Of a stretch of DNA of 32,000 nucleotides, positions 1-8,718 are shown piece by piece. The notes below the pieces were generated by a model that did not search any database, was not told where the DNA came from, and saw only the letters and a list, made by a program, of their open reading frames with translations. This DNA comes from Fervidibacillus albus. GTDB taxonomy: Bacteria > Bacillota > Bacilli > Bacillales > Caldibacillaceae. Position numbers and translations under genes: made by a program. The stretch covers positions 1 through 32,000 of the forward strand of contig NZ_CP106878.1 of NCBI RefSeq assembly GCF_026547225.1, given 5' to 3'. Each line of letters starts with the position of its first letter. Positions within the stretch are counted from its first letter, which is position 1.

Positions 1-1551
1 TATGAAGTCGTCACCTCGATGCCTTCTGAAGGTTTATCTGACGATCAAGTGTATGTAGACACAACAACAGGCGAATTGACTTTTAAAAATACGATTGATG
101 CGAACAGTACGATTAAAGTCGATTATGTAACTGACAAACGAATTGAAACGGCATCGATTACCGAAGATACAACTTCGATTACATTACGGGGTGCCCTTGT
201 AGAAAACTCTGTATCGATTACGATGGGAGACAAAACGCTTACGACAAGTGGGAATTCCCTTAATTACGATCACGGGGGATATATAACGGAAGTAGGAACA
301 ATCGACTACACAACGGGCATAATTACGTTTAACGACGATTTCAAATCTTTGTTCCAAGAGGAGATGGCCAAAGTAGACGTTCCGGAAGATTCCGAAGAAG
401 AACCTGAATTAGAAATAAAAATTGAGTCGAAGCAATATTATACATCCTTTGGCATGACGACATACAACGAAGACGGTAGCGAAAATAAAGAGACGTTTCT
501 TATTCAAGGTGCTGAATCATTGAACACCGTCATTTCTCGGGTGAATAGTAGCGATGCGGGGGTCACAATGTATTACGACTCTTTTACGGACCAAATGACG
601 ATCACCCGAAATGATACAGGAGATTTGAATTCGAGCGGTGACGATATCGTATTGAATGGAGACTTTGTTAATCAATTATTGCAATTTGAAAGTGGAACGA
701 TCCAAGACGGAAAAAATGCTAAGTTTGAAATTAACGGATTAGTAACCGAGCGGATGTCGAACACATTTTCCATGAACGGTGTCACTTTTACTTTGAAAAA
801 TACAACGATTGGGGACGACGGCAACGACACCGGGGAACGAATTACCGTAAACGTAAACGATGATACAGAAACGCTTTTTGAAAATATTAAAAGTTTTGTA
901 GAAAAATATAATGAGCTTATTGGAAAAATCGAAGAAAAACTAAATGAAGAAGAGTATGACGACTACGAACCATTGACGGATGATGAACGAGAAGAATTGT
1001 CGGAGAGTCAGCAAGAAAAATGGGAAAACTTGGCAAAAAGTGGTTTGCTCCGAAATGACTCCATCCTCTCCAGTTTTATAACAAATGTTCGGACGGATAT
1101 TTATACACCAGTCAGCCAAGAGGACTTAGACCCGACAATGCGTTCCCTTTCTGCTATCGGAATTACAACAACATCTGATTATATGAGTGGAAAGTTGGAA
1201 ATTGATGAAACCGCATTGAAAGAAGCGATTGAAAAGGATCCGGAATCGATTGAAAAATTGTTTAACGGAACAGGGGAAACGGACAGTCAACAGGGAATCA
1301 TTCGAAGGCTTTCGGAACAAGTAGATGCTACGATGGATTTAATAACAGAACGGGCAGGAAATGCCTTTACTGTTAATAGCCAGTTCACCATCGGAAAGCA
1401 GTTGGATGATCTCGATGATCAAATTGAAGACTATGAAGATCGATTAACCGATTTGGAAACGAGGTATTATAGCCAATTTACAGCGATGGAAACCGCTATT
1501 CAAGAAGCAAATACTCAAGCTGCTTATTTGGCACAATTTTTCTCGTATTAA
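1..1551 (+). CDS. fliD: flagellar filament cap protein FliD (5' end lies outside the window)
   Basis: The frame is open from base 1, with no stop before the first Met at 19. The central NAKFEINGL..ERMSNTFSMNGVTFTLK and the C-terminal RYYSQFTAMETAIQEANTQAAYLAQFF are typical FliD signatures. fliS and fliT follow. More than 510 aa are visible without the N-terminus, so this is a long variant. Confidence 0.85.
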   Translation, partial: YEVVTSMPSEGLSDDQVYVDTTTGELTFKNTIDANSTIKVDYVTDKRIETASITEDTTSITLRGALVENSVSITMGDKTLTTSGNSLNYDHGGYITEVGTIDYTTGIITFNDDFKSLFQEEMAKVDVPEDSEEEPELEIKIESKQYYTSFGMTTYNEDGSENKETFLIQGAESLNTVISRVNSSDAGVTMYYDSFTDQMTITRNDTGDLNSSGDDIVLNGDFVNQLLQFESGTIQDGKNAKFEINGLVTERMSNTFSMNGVTFTLKNTTIGDDGNDTGERITVNVNDDTETLFENIKSFVEKYNELIGKIEEKLNEEEYDDYEPLTDDEREELSESQQEKWENLAKSGLLRNDSILSSFITNVRTDIYTPVSQEDLDPTMRSLSAIGITTTSDYMSGKLEIDETALKEAIEKDPESIEKLFNGTGETDSQQGIIRRLSEQVDATMDLITERAGNAFTVNSQFTIGKQLDDLDDQIEDYEDRLTDLETRYYSQFTAMETAIQEANTQAAYLAQFFSY

Positions 1552-1839
1552 ATTATAGGAAGATGGGCGACAAGACACATTTCATAATTATCGATTTGGG
1601 TAAGGACATCTATGAGTTTACTCATTAGATTGCCATCATTCAAAATCGTATTGCCCATCTTCGAAAAAAGTTTTTTATTTAGTTTGAGGTATTCCCAAAT
1701 TAAAAACTTATCCGGCTGATTTTCTTTTTATCAAAGAATTCTCCGTGTCTAATCTATTTTCAAAAAACAAAACTGCTATTGTATAATAAAAACAAAATTC
1801 GAGATGTGAAAAGTTCATTTTTTTAAAGGAAAGGTGGAT

Positions 1840-2244
1840 ATGATGGCAATCCAAAATCCATATCAAGCGTATCAGACGAATTCCGTAAATACCGCAACTC
1901 CTGGCGAGCTCACTTTGATGCTTTACAACGGTTGTTTAAAATTTATCCAGATGGCAAAGGTGGCCATTAATGATAAAAATTTTGAGGAAAAGAATAAAAA
2001 TATTCAAAAGGCCCAAGATATCGTTTCGGAATTGATGAGCACTTTGAATATGGATATTGAAATTTCCCACCAAATGATGCCATTATACGATTTCGTTCGG
2101 ACAAAACTGATCGAAGCAAACGTAAAAAATAATGTAAAAAGTTTAGAAGAGGCGGAATCGATTGTCACTGAATTTCGTGATACGTGGAAACAAGTCATCC
2201 AAATTAACCGGAAACAAACGTACGATAAAGGTGGCCAAGCGTAA
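1840..2244 (+). CDS. fliS: flagellin-specific chaperone FliS
   Basis: About 134 aa with a FliS-like N-terminus (NPYQAYQTNSVNTATPGELTLMLYNG). The RBS AAAGGAAAGGTGG lies upstream. The ORF track starts at GTG 1834; ATG 1840 or 1843 is more likely. The stop overlaps the next start (TAATG). Confidence 0.9.
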   Translation: MMAIQNPYQAYQTNSVNTATPGELTLMLYNGCLKFIQMAKVAINDKNFEEKNKNIQKAQDIVSELMSTLNMDIEISHQMMPLYDFVRTKLIEANVKNNVKSLEEAESIVTEFRDTWKQVIQINRKQTYDKGGQA

Positions 2245-2591
2245 TGAACCCTTTGAAACAATTTTATTTACTAACAGCGGAATTGGTTCAACTGTTAGAA
2301 AAAACAGATGCGAGTCACCGAAAGGAAACGATTCAAAAAATGAATCAATTATTTGAAAAACGGGAAGAGGTGTTGAAACAAATCGCACCTCCTTTTTCAC
2401 GTGGAGAAAAACAACTCGGACAGCAAGCGTTACAGCTGAACGAAAAACTCGTCCGGCTATTAACAGAAGAAAAAAACACCATCGGAACCGAATTAGCAAG
2501 TGTTCGCAAGCAAAAAAAGGTACAACAAAAATACGTCAATCCGTACGCCCAAATCCAAACGGACGGCATCTTTTACGACAAAAAAAAATAA
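2244..2591 (+). CDS. fliT: probable flagellar chaperone FliT
   Basis: A 115-aa helical protein translationally coupled to fliS (TAATG overlap). It sits in the position of fliT in the B. subtilis fliD-fliS-fliT operon. The call rests on size and synteny, not on motifs. Confidence 0.6.
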   Translation: MNPLKQFYLLTAELVQLLEKTDASHRKETIQKMNQLFEKREEVLKQIAPPFSRGEKQLGQQALQLNEKLVRLLTEEKNTIGTELASVRKQKKVQQKYVNPYAQIQTDGIFYDKKK

Positions 2592-2592
2592 A

Positions 2593-2631
2593 GTGGGTCG
2601 GGGGGACAGGAACCTCGACCCACCTTTTTTT
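2593..2631 (+). terminator. intrinsic terminator of the fliDST unit, built from one GC-rich palindromic unit
   Basis: GTGGGTCGGGG-GGACAGGAA-CCTCGACCCAC gives an 11-bp stem with 1 mismatch, followed by CTTTTTTT. It starts 1 nt after the fliT stop. Confidence 0.75.
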
Positions 2632-2800
2632 GGAAATTGGGGGCTAGGTGGGCCAAGAGAACCGGAACCTTGACCCAATTTGTGACGGAAGCGGGCCAAA
2701 AGAACCGGAACCACGGCCCTGGGTCAAAAGAACCGGAACCTTGACCCACCACGACAAGAAAAAATCATTCGAAAACAGGGTCGGGATAGGAACTGGAACA
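2593..2800 (+). repeat. cluster A of the GC-rich palindromic unit family (4 copies plus 1 degenerate)
   Basis: Copies at 2593-2623, 2648-2677, 2691-2719 and 2720-2749, with a degenerate copy at 2778-2800. All have the GAACC core on the + strand. Confidence 0.85.
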
Positions 2801-2986
2801 ATGGTTCCATATTCTCGGACTCAGGCCTAATATTTATTGAATATTCTTAAAATTACGCAATCTATATTTTTAGAATCGTTTCCAACTCGTTCGAAATTTC
2901 GACAAATTTTTTGCATTGAAAAGAAGGATTTTATGTATGGAATATAGAAATAATATATATAGTTATTATAAAGGAGGAGTTCGCAC

Positions 2987-3532
2987 ATGAGATACATTAT
3001 ACGTGGAGAAAACATTGAAGTAACTCCGGCTTTACGGGACTATACCGAAAAGAAGATTTCCAAGTTAGAAAAATATTTTACCGAAACTCCCGATGCAAAC
3101 GTATATGTCAATTTGAAAGTGTACCCGGATAAAAAAGCGAAAGTGGAAGTGACGATTCCGCTTAAGTATATTACGTTACGGGCAGAAGAAATGAATGAAG
3201 ATATGTATGCTGGCATCGATTTAATAACTGATAAATTGGAAAGACAAATTCGTAAACATAAAACGAAAATTAACCGGAAAGTTCGGGAAACGGGAATGAA
3301 AGATTTATTCGTCAACGGACCAACACTTACCGAACCGGAAAAGAAAGAAGAAGAAATTGAAATTGTTCGTGTAAAACGTTTTGATTTAAAACCGATGGAC
3401 AGTGAAGAAGCCGTCTTGCAAATGAACATGCTCGGTCACAACTTTTTCGTCTATACCGATGCCGAAACGAATTCGACGAACATCGTATACAAACGGAAAG
3501 ACGGAAAATACGGTCTGATTGAAACGAACTAA
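2987..3532 (+). CDS. hpf: ribosome hibernation promoting factor, long form (YvyD/HPF)
   Basis: 181 aa. The N-terminus MRYIIRGENIEVTPALRDYTEKKISKLEKYF is near-identical in pattern to B. subtilis YvyD. The C-terminal dimerisation region (FFVYTDAETN..IVYKRKDGKYGLIE) is present. RBS AAAGGAGGAG. Confidence 0.93.
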   Translation: MRYIIRGENIEVTPALRDYTEKKISKLEKYFTETPDANVYVNLKVYPDKKAKVEVTIPLKYITLRAEEMNEDMYAGIDLITDKLERQIRKHKTKINRKVRETGMKDLFVNGPTLTEPEKKEEEIEIVRVKRFDLKPMDSEEAVLQMNMLGHNFFVYTDAETNSTNIVYKRKDGKYGLIETN

Positions 3533-3548
3533 CTTGAGTTTAGCCCAG

Positions 3549-3582
3549 CCCCTGCGATCACTCATATCGCATGGGGTTTTTT
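3549..3582 (+). terminator. intrinsic terminator after hpf
   Basis: CCCCTGCGAT..ATCGCATGGGG forms a hairpin with one bulge, followed by TTTTTT. Confidence 0.7.
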
Positions 3583-3619
3583 ATTTTTGAATATAAAGAA
3601 GTATAAACGAAATTGTTTG

Positions 3620-3935
3620 AATCTGGGGATTTTCGTTAAAATTCGAGGGAATTTCGCGTTAATTCGAGGAAAATTTGTATGAATTCAAGGAAATTTCGAA
3701 TCAATTCGAGGAAAATTTGTATGAATTCAAGGAAATTCCGTGTCAATTTGAGGAAAATTAGCGTGAATTCGAGGAAATTCCGCGTTAATTTGAGGAAAAT
3801 TTGTATGAATTCGACGAAATTCCACAACAATTCAAAGAAAATTTGCATCAATTCGATTAAATTTTGCTTAAAACCGAGGAATTTCGACTTCAATTTGTAG
3901 AAATCTTGAGTAAACCCGAGAAAAATTCTGTAAAT
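3620..3935. repeat. tandem array of about 14 units of exactly 21 bp (consensus AATTCGAGGAAAWTTYSYRTN) with degenerate edge units
   Basis: Unit starts fall at 3640, 3661, 3682, 3703, 3724, 3745, 3766, 3787, 3808, 3829, 3850, 3871, 3892 and 3913, with no phase slip. Units 3661 and 3703 are identical. Alternating subtypes give a 42-bp higher-order repeat. Confidence 0.95.
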
Positions 3936-4054
3936 CCCCCGACTTCTGAAAAAATATTGTTATCATTACATAAAGGGATAAACTTTAGAAAATTTCCGAA
4001 TTCATCGGTAAACGGAAAATGAGTTGAAAATACAAATTCAAAGAGGTGAACACA

Positions 4055-5659
4055 ATGGACTTTTTACATTATCCATATCGTTCTCAACGGATGGCCACGT
4101 TTGCGAAAAAAGGAATGGTTGCCACATCCCAGTCACTTGCAGCCCAAGCCGGGTTGGACATTTTAAAAAAGGGAGGAAATGCCGTTGATGCTGCGATTGC
4201 TACAGCGGCTGCGTTAACGGTCGTTGAGCCTACTTCAAACGGGATCGGTGGAGATGCCTTTGCAATCGTTTGGATGAAAGATAAAATATACGGTTTAAAT
4301 AGTAGTGGCCCTTCGCCGAAAACAATATCGATCGAATCGGTAAAAAATCGGGGTTACGAACATATGCCGACCCATGGGATGATTCCTGTAACCGTTCCAG
4401 GAGTTCCAGCGGCGTGGGGAGCTTTAGCTGAACGATTTGGTAGACTCCCTCTAATCGAAAGTTTGCAACCGGCGATAACCTATGCACGGGAAGGATATCC
4501 AGTTAGCCCAACTTTAGGAAAATATTGGAATCTAGCGTATAAAAAATTTAAACAATTATTGAAAGGGGACGAATTTCGTTATTGGTTCGATACGTTTGCA
4601 CCGAACGGACGGGCTCCGAAAATCGGGGAATTATGGAACTCAGCTGATCATGCCAAAACGTTACAATCCATCGGCGAATCAAACGGTAAAAGTTTTTACA
4701 AAGGGGAACTAGCAGAAAAAATCGATGCATTTTTTAAAAAACATGAGGGGTTTTTAACAAAAGATGATTTGTCCGCTTTTAAACCGGAATGGGTGGAGCC
4801 AATCCGCACTAATTACAGAGGATACGACATTTGGGAAATCCCTCCGAACGGGCAAGGAATCGTCGCATTGATGGCACTATCAATTGTAAAAGGATTCGAT
4901 TTTTACGCAAAGGACGACATTGAAACGGTGCATAAACAAATTGAAGCGTTGAAACTGGCGATGACTGACGGAAAAGCGTATATTACCGATCCACACCATA
5001 TGGAAATCGCCATCGCTGAATTGTTATCGGAAAAATACGCTACGATGCAGAGGAAAAAAATTAAGGATACCGCTCTTATGCCACAACCGACAAATCTAGG
5101 GAAAAGTGGAACGGTTTATTTGGCAACTGCTGATGAAGAAGGGAATATGGTTTCGTATATTCAAAGCAACTATATGGGATTCGGTTCAGGGATTGTTGTT
5201 CCAGAAACGGGAATTGCGATGCAAAATCGGGGAGCGGACTTTTCCCTCGACCCGAATCACCCGAACGCTTTACAACCGGGAAAACGAACGTATCATACAA
5301 TCATCCCGGGATTTATAACGAAAGGGGAGGCTGCCATCGGTCCCTTTGGTGTGATGGGAGGATATATGCAACCTCAAGGCCATATGCAAGTCGTGATGAA
5401 CATGATTGATTTTCATTTGAATCCCCAAGCTGCCCTCGATGCACCCCGTTGGCAATGGATCGAAGGGAAACGAGTGATTGTCGAACCGGATTTTCCGAAC
5501 GATATTGCCCAAGGATTAGCGAGAAAGGGTCATGAAATTCAAATTTCTTTAGATCATGGTGCTTTCGGAAGGGGACAAATTATTTGGCGAGATCCAGAAA
5601 CCGGCGTACTAATGGGAGGAACGGAAAAACGAACGGACAGTGCCATCGCTTCATGGTAA
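4055..5659 (+). CDS. ggt: gamma-glutamyltransferase family protein without signal peptide (YwrD-like)
   Basis: 534 aa. GGT-family N-terminus (GMVATSQSLAAQAGLDILKKGGNAVDAAIATAAALTVVEPTSNGIGGD) and an autoprocessing/catalytic Thr context (GKSGTVYL). RBS AAGAGGTG lies 6 nt before ATG 4055, so the ORF-track GTG 4046 is probably too early. Confidence 0.88.
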   Translation: MDFLHYPYRSQRMATFAKKGMVATSQSLAAQAGLDILKKGGNAVDAAIATAAALTVVEPTSNGIGGDAFAIVWMKDKIYGLNSSGPSPKTISIESVKNRGYEHMPTHGMIPVTVPGVPAAWGALAERFGRLPLIESLQPAITYAREGYPVSPTLGKYWNLAYKKFKQLLKGDEFRYWFDTFAPNGRAPKIGELWNSADHAKTLQSIGESNGKSFYKGELAEKIDAFFKKHEGFLTKDDLSAFKPEWVEPIRTNYRGYDIWEIPPNGQGIVALMALSIVKGFDFYAKDDIETVHKQIEALKLAMTDGKAYITDPHHMEIAIAELLSEKYATMQRKKIKDTALMPQPTNLGKSGTVYLATADEEGNMVSYIQSNYMGFGSGIVVPETGIAMQNRGADFSLDPNHPNALQPGKRTYHTIIPGFITKGEAAIGPFGVMGGYMQPQGHMQVVMNMIDFHLNPQAALDAPRWQWIEGKRVIVEPDFPNDIAQGLARKGHEIQISLDHGAFGRGQIIWRDPETGVLMGGTEKRTDSAIASW

Positions 5660-5660
5660 T

Positions 5661-5822
5661 GGATCAAGGGGATCGCAACTTCGGTATTAAAGTGGGCCAA
5701 AAGAACCGGAACCCCGCCCCACCCCGCCCCACCAAAACTGGGTCAAGGGAACCGGAACCTCGACCCAGGGGAGCGGGTCAAAAAGTGGGTCAAAAGAACC
5801 GGAACCCCGCCCCACCTCGACC
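5661..5822 (+). repeat. cluster B of the GC-rich palindromic unit family (3 copies plus partials)
   Basis: Copies at 5692-5722, 5739-5767 and 5785-5815. Partials at 5661-5680 and 5772-5783. CCCGCCCCAC is duplicated locally at 5713-5732. The cluster starts 2 nt after the ggt stop. Confidence 0.85.
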
Positions 5823-5981
5823 TATTGTCGTTGCTATTTTTGAAAATCATTAGTAGACTAAATACGGACCAATTCCTATTACAACAAGGAAACATATTGT
5901 TTTTACGATTGGTCGAAAGAATTACGAGGCGAAATCAATCTATTAAAAAACAGTTATGGACTAAAACAAGAAGGTGAAGAC

Positions 5982-6551
5982 GTGAAGTACTTAAACATTT
6001 TTCTCGCCTTTTTCCGTGTGGGCATATTTGGTTACGGAGGCGGACCGAGTTCCATCCCCCTCGTGGAAAAGGAAGTCGTGGGGCGTTATAAATGGATGAA
6101 CGATGAAGATTTTTCCGATTGTTTAGCTATAGGGAATGCCTTACCCGGTCCGATCGCTACGAAACTAGCAGGATATATCGGTTATCGGGTCGGCGGATTT
6201 TTAGGCATGACAATTGCTTTAATTGCGACCATTTTACCGACCGTTTTCTTAATGATTGTTTTTTTAACGGTTTTGAATCAGTATAAAGATCAGCCTTGGG
6301 TTCAAGGCATGTCAAAGGCGGTCATTCCCGTTGTCGGCGTTATGCTAGGCATATTGACTTGGGAATTTGTGAAAAGAACGAAAGGCTCCTTTGGTTGGAT
6401 GAAAACCGTATTATTACTTGTCATTTGTTTTGTGTTAATGGAACCATTATCCATTCATCCTGCCATTTTAATCATCGTTTTTATTTTCGCTGCTTTATTG
6501 AAAAAAACGGATGATTCAACCAAAACGGAACGAAAGGTGAAGTCCCCATGA
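5982..6551 (+). CDS. chromate transporter (CHR family) short-chain subunit 1
   Basis: 189-aa polytopic protein with the CHR signature GYGGGPSSIPLVEKEVV...GNALPGPIATKLAGYIGY. GTG start after AAGGTGA. Paired with the next gene, as in B. subtilis ywrB/ywrA. Confidence 0.85.
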   Translation: MKYLNIFLAFFRVGIFGYGGGPSSIPLVEKEVVGRYKWMNDEDFSDCLAIGNALPGPIATKLAGYIGYRVGGFLGMTIALIATILPTVFLMIVFLTVLNQYKDQPWVQGMSKAVIPVVGVMLGILTWEFVKRTKGSFGWMKTVLLLVICFVLMEPLSIHPAILIIVFIFAALLKKTDDSTKTERKVKSP

Positions 6552-7078
6552 TTTATTGGAAAATTTTTCTCGCGTTTTTTATTCCAGGTATTTTAGGGTA
6601 TGGAGGCGGTCCAGGAACGATTCCTCTCGTGGAAAAGGAAGTCGTGGATCGGTACGGATGGATGGATCATCAACAATTTAGTGAAATGATTGCCCTCGGA
6701 AACGCTTTGCCCGGCCCGATTGCTACAAAAATGGCCGGATATATCGGATTTATGCAAGGAGGGGTTCTCGGATCTGTCGTTGCCCTAGTCGCCATCGTTG
6801 CCCCAACTTTAATTTTGATGATTGGCTTACTTAGCATTTTACAAAAATATAAAGACTCCCCGAAAGTAAAACAGCTAAGTCAAAATGTTCGTCCAGTCAT
6901 TGCGGTTTTATTAGGTGTGCTTACTTATGATTTTTTATTTGACTCTTTCCAGGGGATTGGCGGATGGCAAACGTTGATCATAGCTGTTCTCACTTACTTT
7001 TTTCTAGAACTTCGGAAAGTTCATCCTGCCTACGTCATTATCGGAGCCCTCGTTTACGGAGCCCTTTTTTTAGGCTGA
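6548..7078 (+). CDS. chromate transporter (CHR family) short-chain subunit 2
   Basis: 176-aa paralogue of the previous ORF (GYGGGPGTIPLVEKEVV...GNALPGPIATKMAGYIGF). The ATGA start/stop overlap indicates translational coupling. Confidence 0.85.
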   Translation: MIYWKIFLAFFIPGILGYGGGPGTIPLVEKEVVDRYGWMDHQQFSEMIALGNALPGPIATKMAGYIGFMQGGVLGSVVALVAIVAPTLILMIGLLSILQKYKDSPKVKQLSQNVRPVIAVLLGVLTYDFLFDSFQGIGGWQTLIIAVLTYFFLELRKVHPAYVIIGALVYGALFLG

Positions 7079-7292
7079 ATACCACCTGTTCGAAAATTAT
7101 TTGCGTTTTTCAAAAGGAAAGGAAAGACGAAACGAAATTCGACCCAAAAGAACTACGCGAAAAAATGAACGGTAGGACGAAAACGACGGAAAGGCGATCG
7201 TAAGCTAAACAATTTTAATCCATGCCGAATCTCCTCTATGAAAAAGTATGAGTTGATGAAAGTGAAAATGGCCATGTGGAACATTTCCTATG

Positions 7293-7340
7293 ACAAAAAA
7301 TAAAGGTGGATGAAGACCGGTTCAAGCCTTCATGTCCACC
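7293..7340 (-). terminator. intrinsic terminator of the minus-strand gene 7343..7843
   Basis: On the minus strand, GGTGGACATGAAGG..loop..CTTCATCCACC is followed by TTTATTTTTT. Confidence 0.7.
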
Positions 7341-7342
7341 TT

Positions 7343-7843
7343 TTACTGTCTGTTTTCTAACGTTTCTTCAATGATTTGTGTCGCTACATTAGGAATTTTT
7401 TCGTCTGTAAAACCGTAATACCAATCCAGATTCGTTTCAAAACGTTGGCTAAATTTCGCTACGATTTCATCCAATATCCCAACAGCTTCTTTATATACGC
7501 TTAAATCTTCCTCTGAAACATTGCCATCGTCAATTGCTTTTTCTAACACAGAATCGATCTCATCAAGCAATTCATTTGCTTCTCCGACAAATTCCAATTG
7601 TATCAAAAAGAATCGTTCAGCAATGCTCTCTATGTATTTTCGACCTTCCTCTGTTTTTGCTGCTTCATTCAGATCCACAGTCTTCATATCATCTAATGTT
7701 TGACTGATCGCGTACATCGATTCCTTCCAAACAGCACCAGCCTCTCTCTTCGCATCCATTGTTTTGCTATAAAAGTACACATTTGCTACGAGAGATATGA
7801 GTAATCCAATGATCACAGAAGGAATGACAATCTTCTTTTTCAT
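7343..7843 (-). CDS. hypothetical membrane-anchored protein (N-terminal TM helix, acidic helical ectodomain)
   Basis: 166 aa. RBS AAGGAGA lies 5 nt before the ATG. MKKKIVIPSVIIGLLISLVANVYFY looks like a signal-anchor. I recognise no family. Confidence 0.6.
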   Translation of the reverse strand: MKKKIVIPSVIIGLLISLVANVYFYSKTMDAKREAGAVWKESMYAISQTLDDMKTVDLNEAAKTEEGRKYIESIAERFFLIQLEFVGEANELLDEIDSVLEKAIDDGNVSEEDLSVYKEAVGILDEIVAKFSQRFETNLDWYYGFTDEKIPNVATQIIEETLENRQ

Positions 7844-8004
7844 TAGTTTCTCCTTTTCATTGTTTTCTTTTATTATAGCGCATAGCCAATATAACTTCTA
7901 ACAATTTTCCGTCTACAATGAATTGTCGGATATTTCACCGTAAAAAAGCTCTTGTTCGAACAATTAGAAATTAGCTTTTATGCCCCGATAATTAGTTGTC
8001 ATTC

Positions 8005-8718
8005 TTATAATTTTTCATTTATTAATTTTTTAACCTTTTGATAGGCAGCTAATTCAGACATTTCTAAAGGAGAATAATCACCTTCAGCTTGTGGTGGAAC
8101 AAACCGAGAAACTTTCCCATTTTTAATATTAAATTTTCCTTGATGTGCCCCTAATACAACATAATGTTCTTCATTCAATGATGATGCAAAAAAATCGGTC
8201 TTGTCAGCGAATAATAAGACTTTATCGTTCATTTCCATGTTTGGAACACCATTAAATACTACTTTCACTTTTTCTTTTAATTGTTCTTTAGGATAATCTT
8301 TAAATTTCTTTCCAATACCTGCTTCTTCTTTCGTTGTGATTCCTCCTGGCTCCATAACCGTTAAAACTTGCCCAACTTGAACGTCTCCTTTTAATACTTT
8401 TTCTACTTCTACATTCACTTTCGTATAAACAGTCCGATCTTCACCCACTTGCCAATTGAAAGACTCCGTTTCTAACACTTTTCCCTCAATGATTAGTGAA
8501 GCGTCTTCTGTAAGGTCCTCAATACTATTATATATTCTAGTAAAATCTACTTTTGTAACTATTTCATCCATCTTTTCTTCGGTACCTAATTGAGTCTGAT
8601 CTAATTTTACAGATGATTCAGCCAAACCAACTTCTTCACTTTTATTATCATTATAATTTAAATAAATTAACATACCTACTGTTAGAAGTGAAGCGATGAT
8701 AATCAGAGATTTTTTCAT
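8005..8718 (-). CDS. hypothetical secreted or membrane-anchored protein
   Basis: 237 aa counted from ATG 8718, which has the RBS AAAGGGAGA upstream. The ORF-track start at 8772 lacks an RBS. MKKSLIIIASLLTVGMLIYL looks like a signal-anchor, and the remainder looks beta-rich. The gene is AT-rich and I recognise no family. Confidence 0.55.
   Translation of the reverse strand: MKKSLIIIASLLTVGMLIYLNYNDNKSEEVGLAESSVKLDQTQLGTEEKMDEIVTKVDFTRIYNSIEDLTEDASLIIEGKVLETESFNWQVGEDRTVYTKVNVEVEKVLKGDVQVGQVLTVMEPGGITTKEEAGIGKKFKDYPKEQLKEKVKVVFNGVPNMEMNDKVLLFADKTDFFASSLNEEHYVVLGAHQGKFNIKNGKVSRFVPPQAEGDYSPLEMSELAAYQKVKKLINEKL

Noticed and set aside
1552-1833. 280-bp gap between fliD and fliS, with a 36-codon minus-strand ORF and a TATAAT-containing stretch
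   Set aside because: The small ORF has no RBS. The promoter-like hexamers (TTCAAA, 17 nt, TATAAT) are weak, and I cannot distinguish them from the AT-rich background.
2648-2830. ORF-track entries lying on repeat clusters A, B and C (2648..2830, 2493..2714-, 5584..5853, 13771..13983, 13796..14140)
   Set aside because: The same artefact: GC-rich repeats lack stop codons. The peptides are low-complexity (GQKNRNPAPPRP and similar), have no RBS, and change frame and strand from cluster to cluster.
2925-2960. Sigma-H-like elements (GAAGGATTT ... GGAATAT) upstream of hpf
   Set aside because: The spacing between the AGGA and GAAT elements is only about 7-8 nt, shorter than the roughly 12-14 nt I recall for sigma-H promoters.
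3636-3893. Minus-strand 85-aa ORF with a hydrophobic heptad repeat across the 21-bp array
   Set aside because: It has a TTG start with no Shine-Dalgarno sequence. The open frame is explained by a stop-free 21-bp unit repeated in phase. The plus-strand 73-aa ORF (3679..3900) is kept only as a minor alternative in the corresponding finding.
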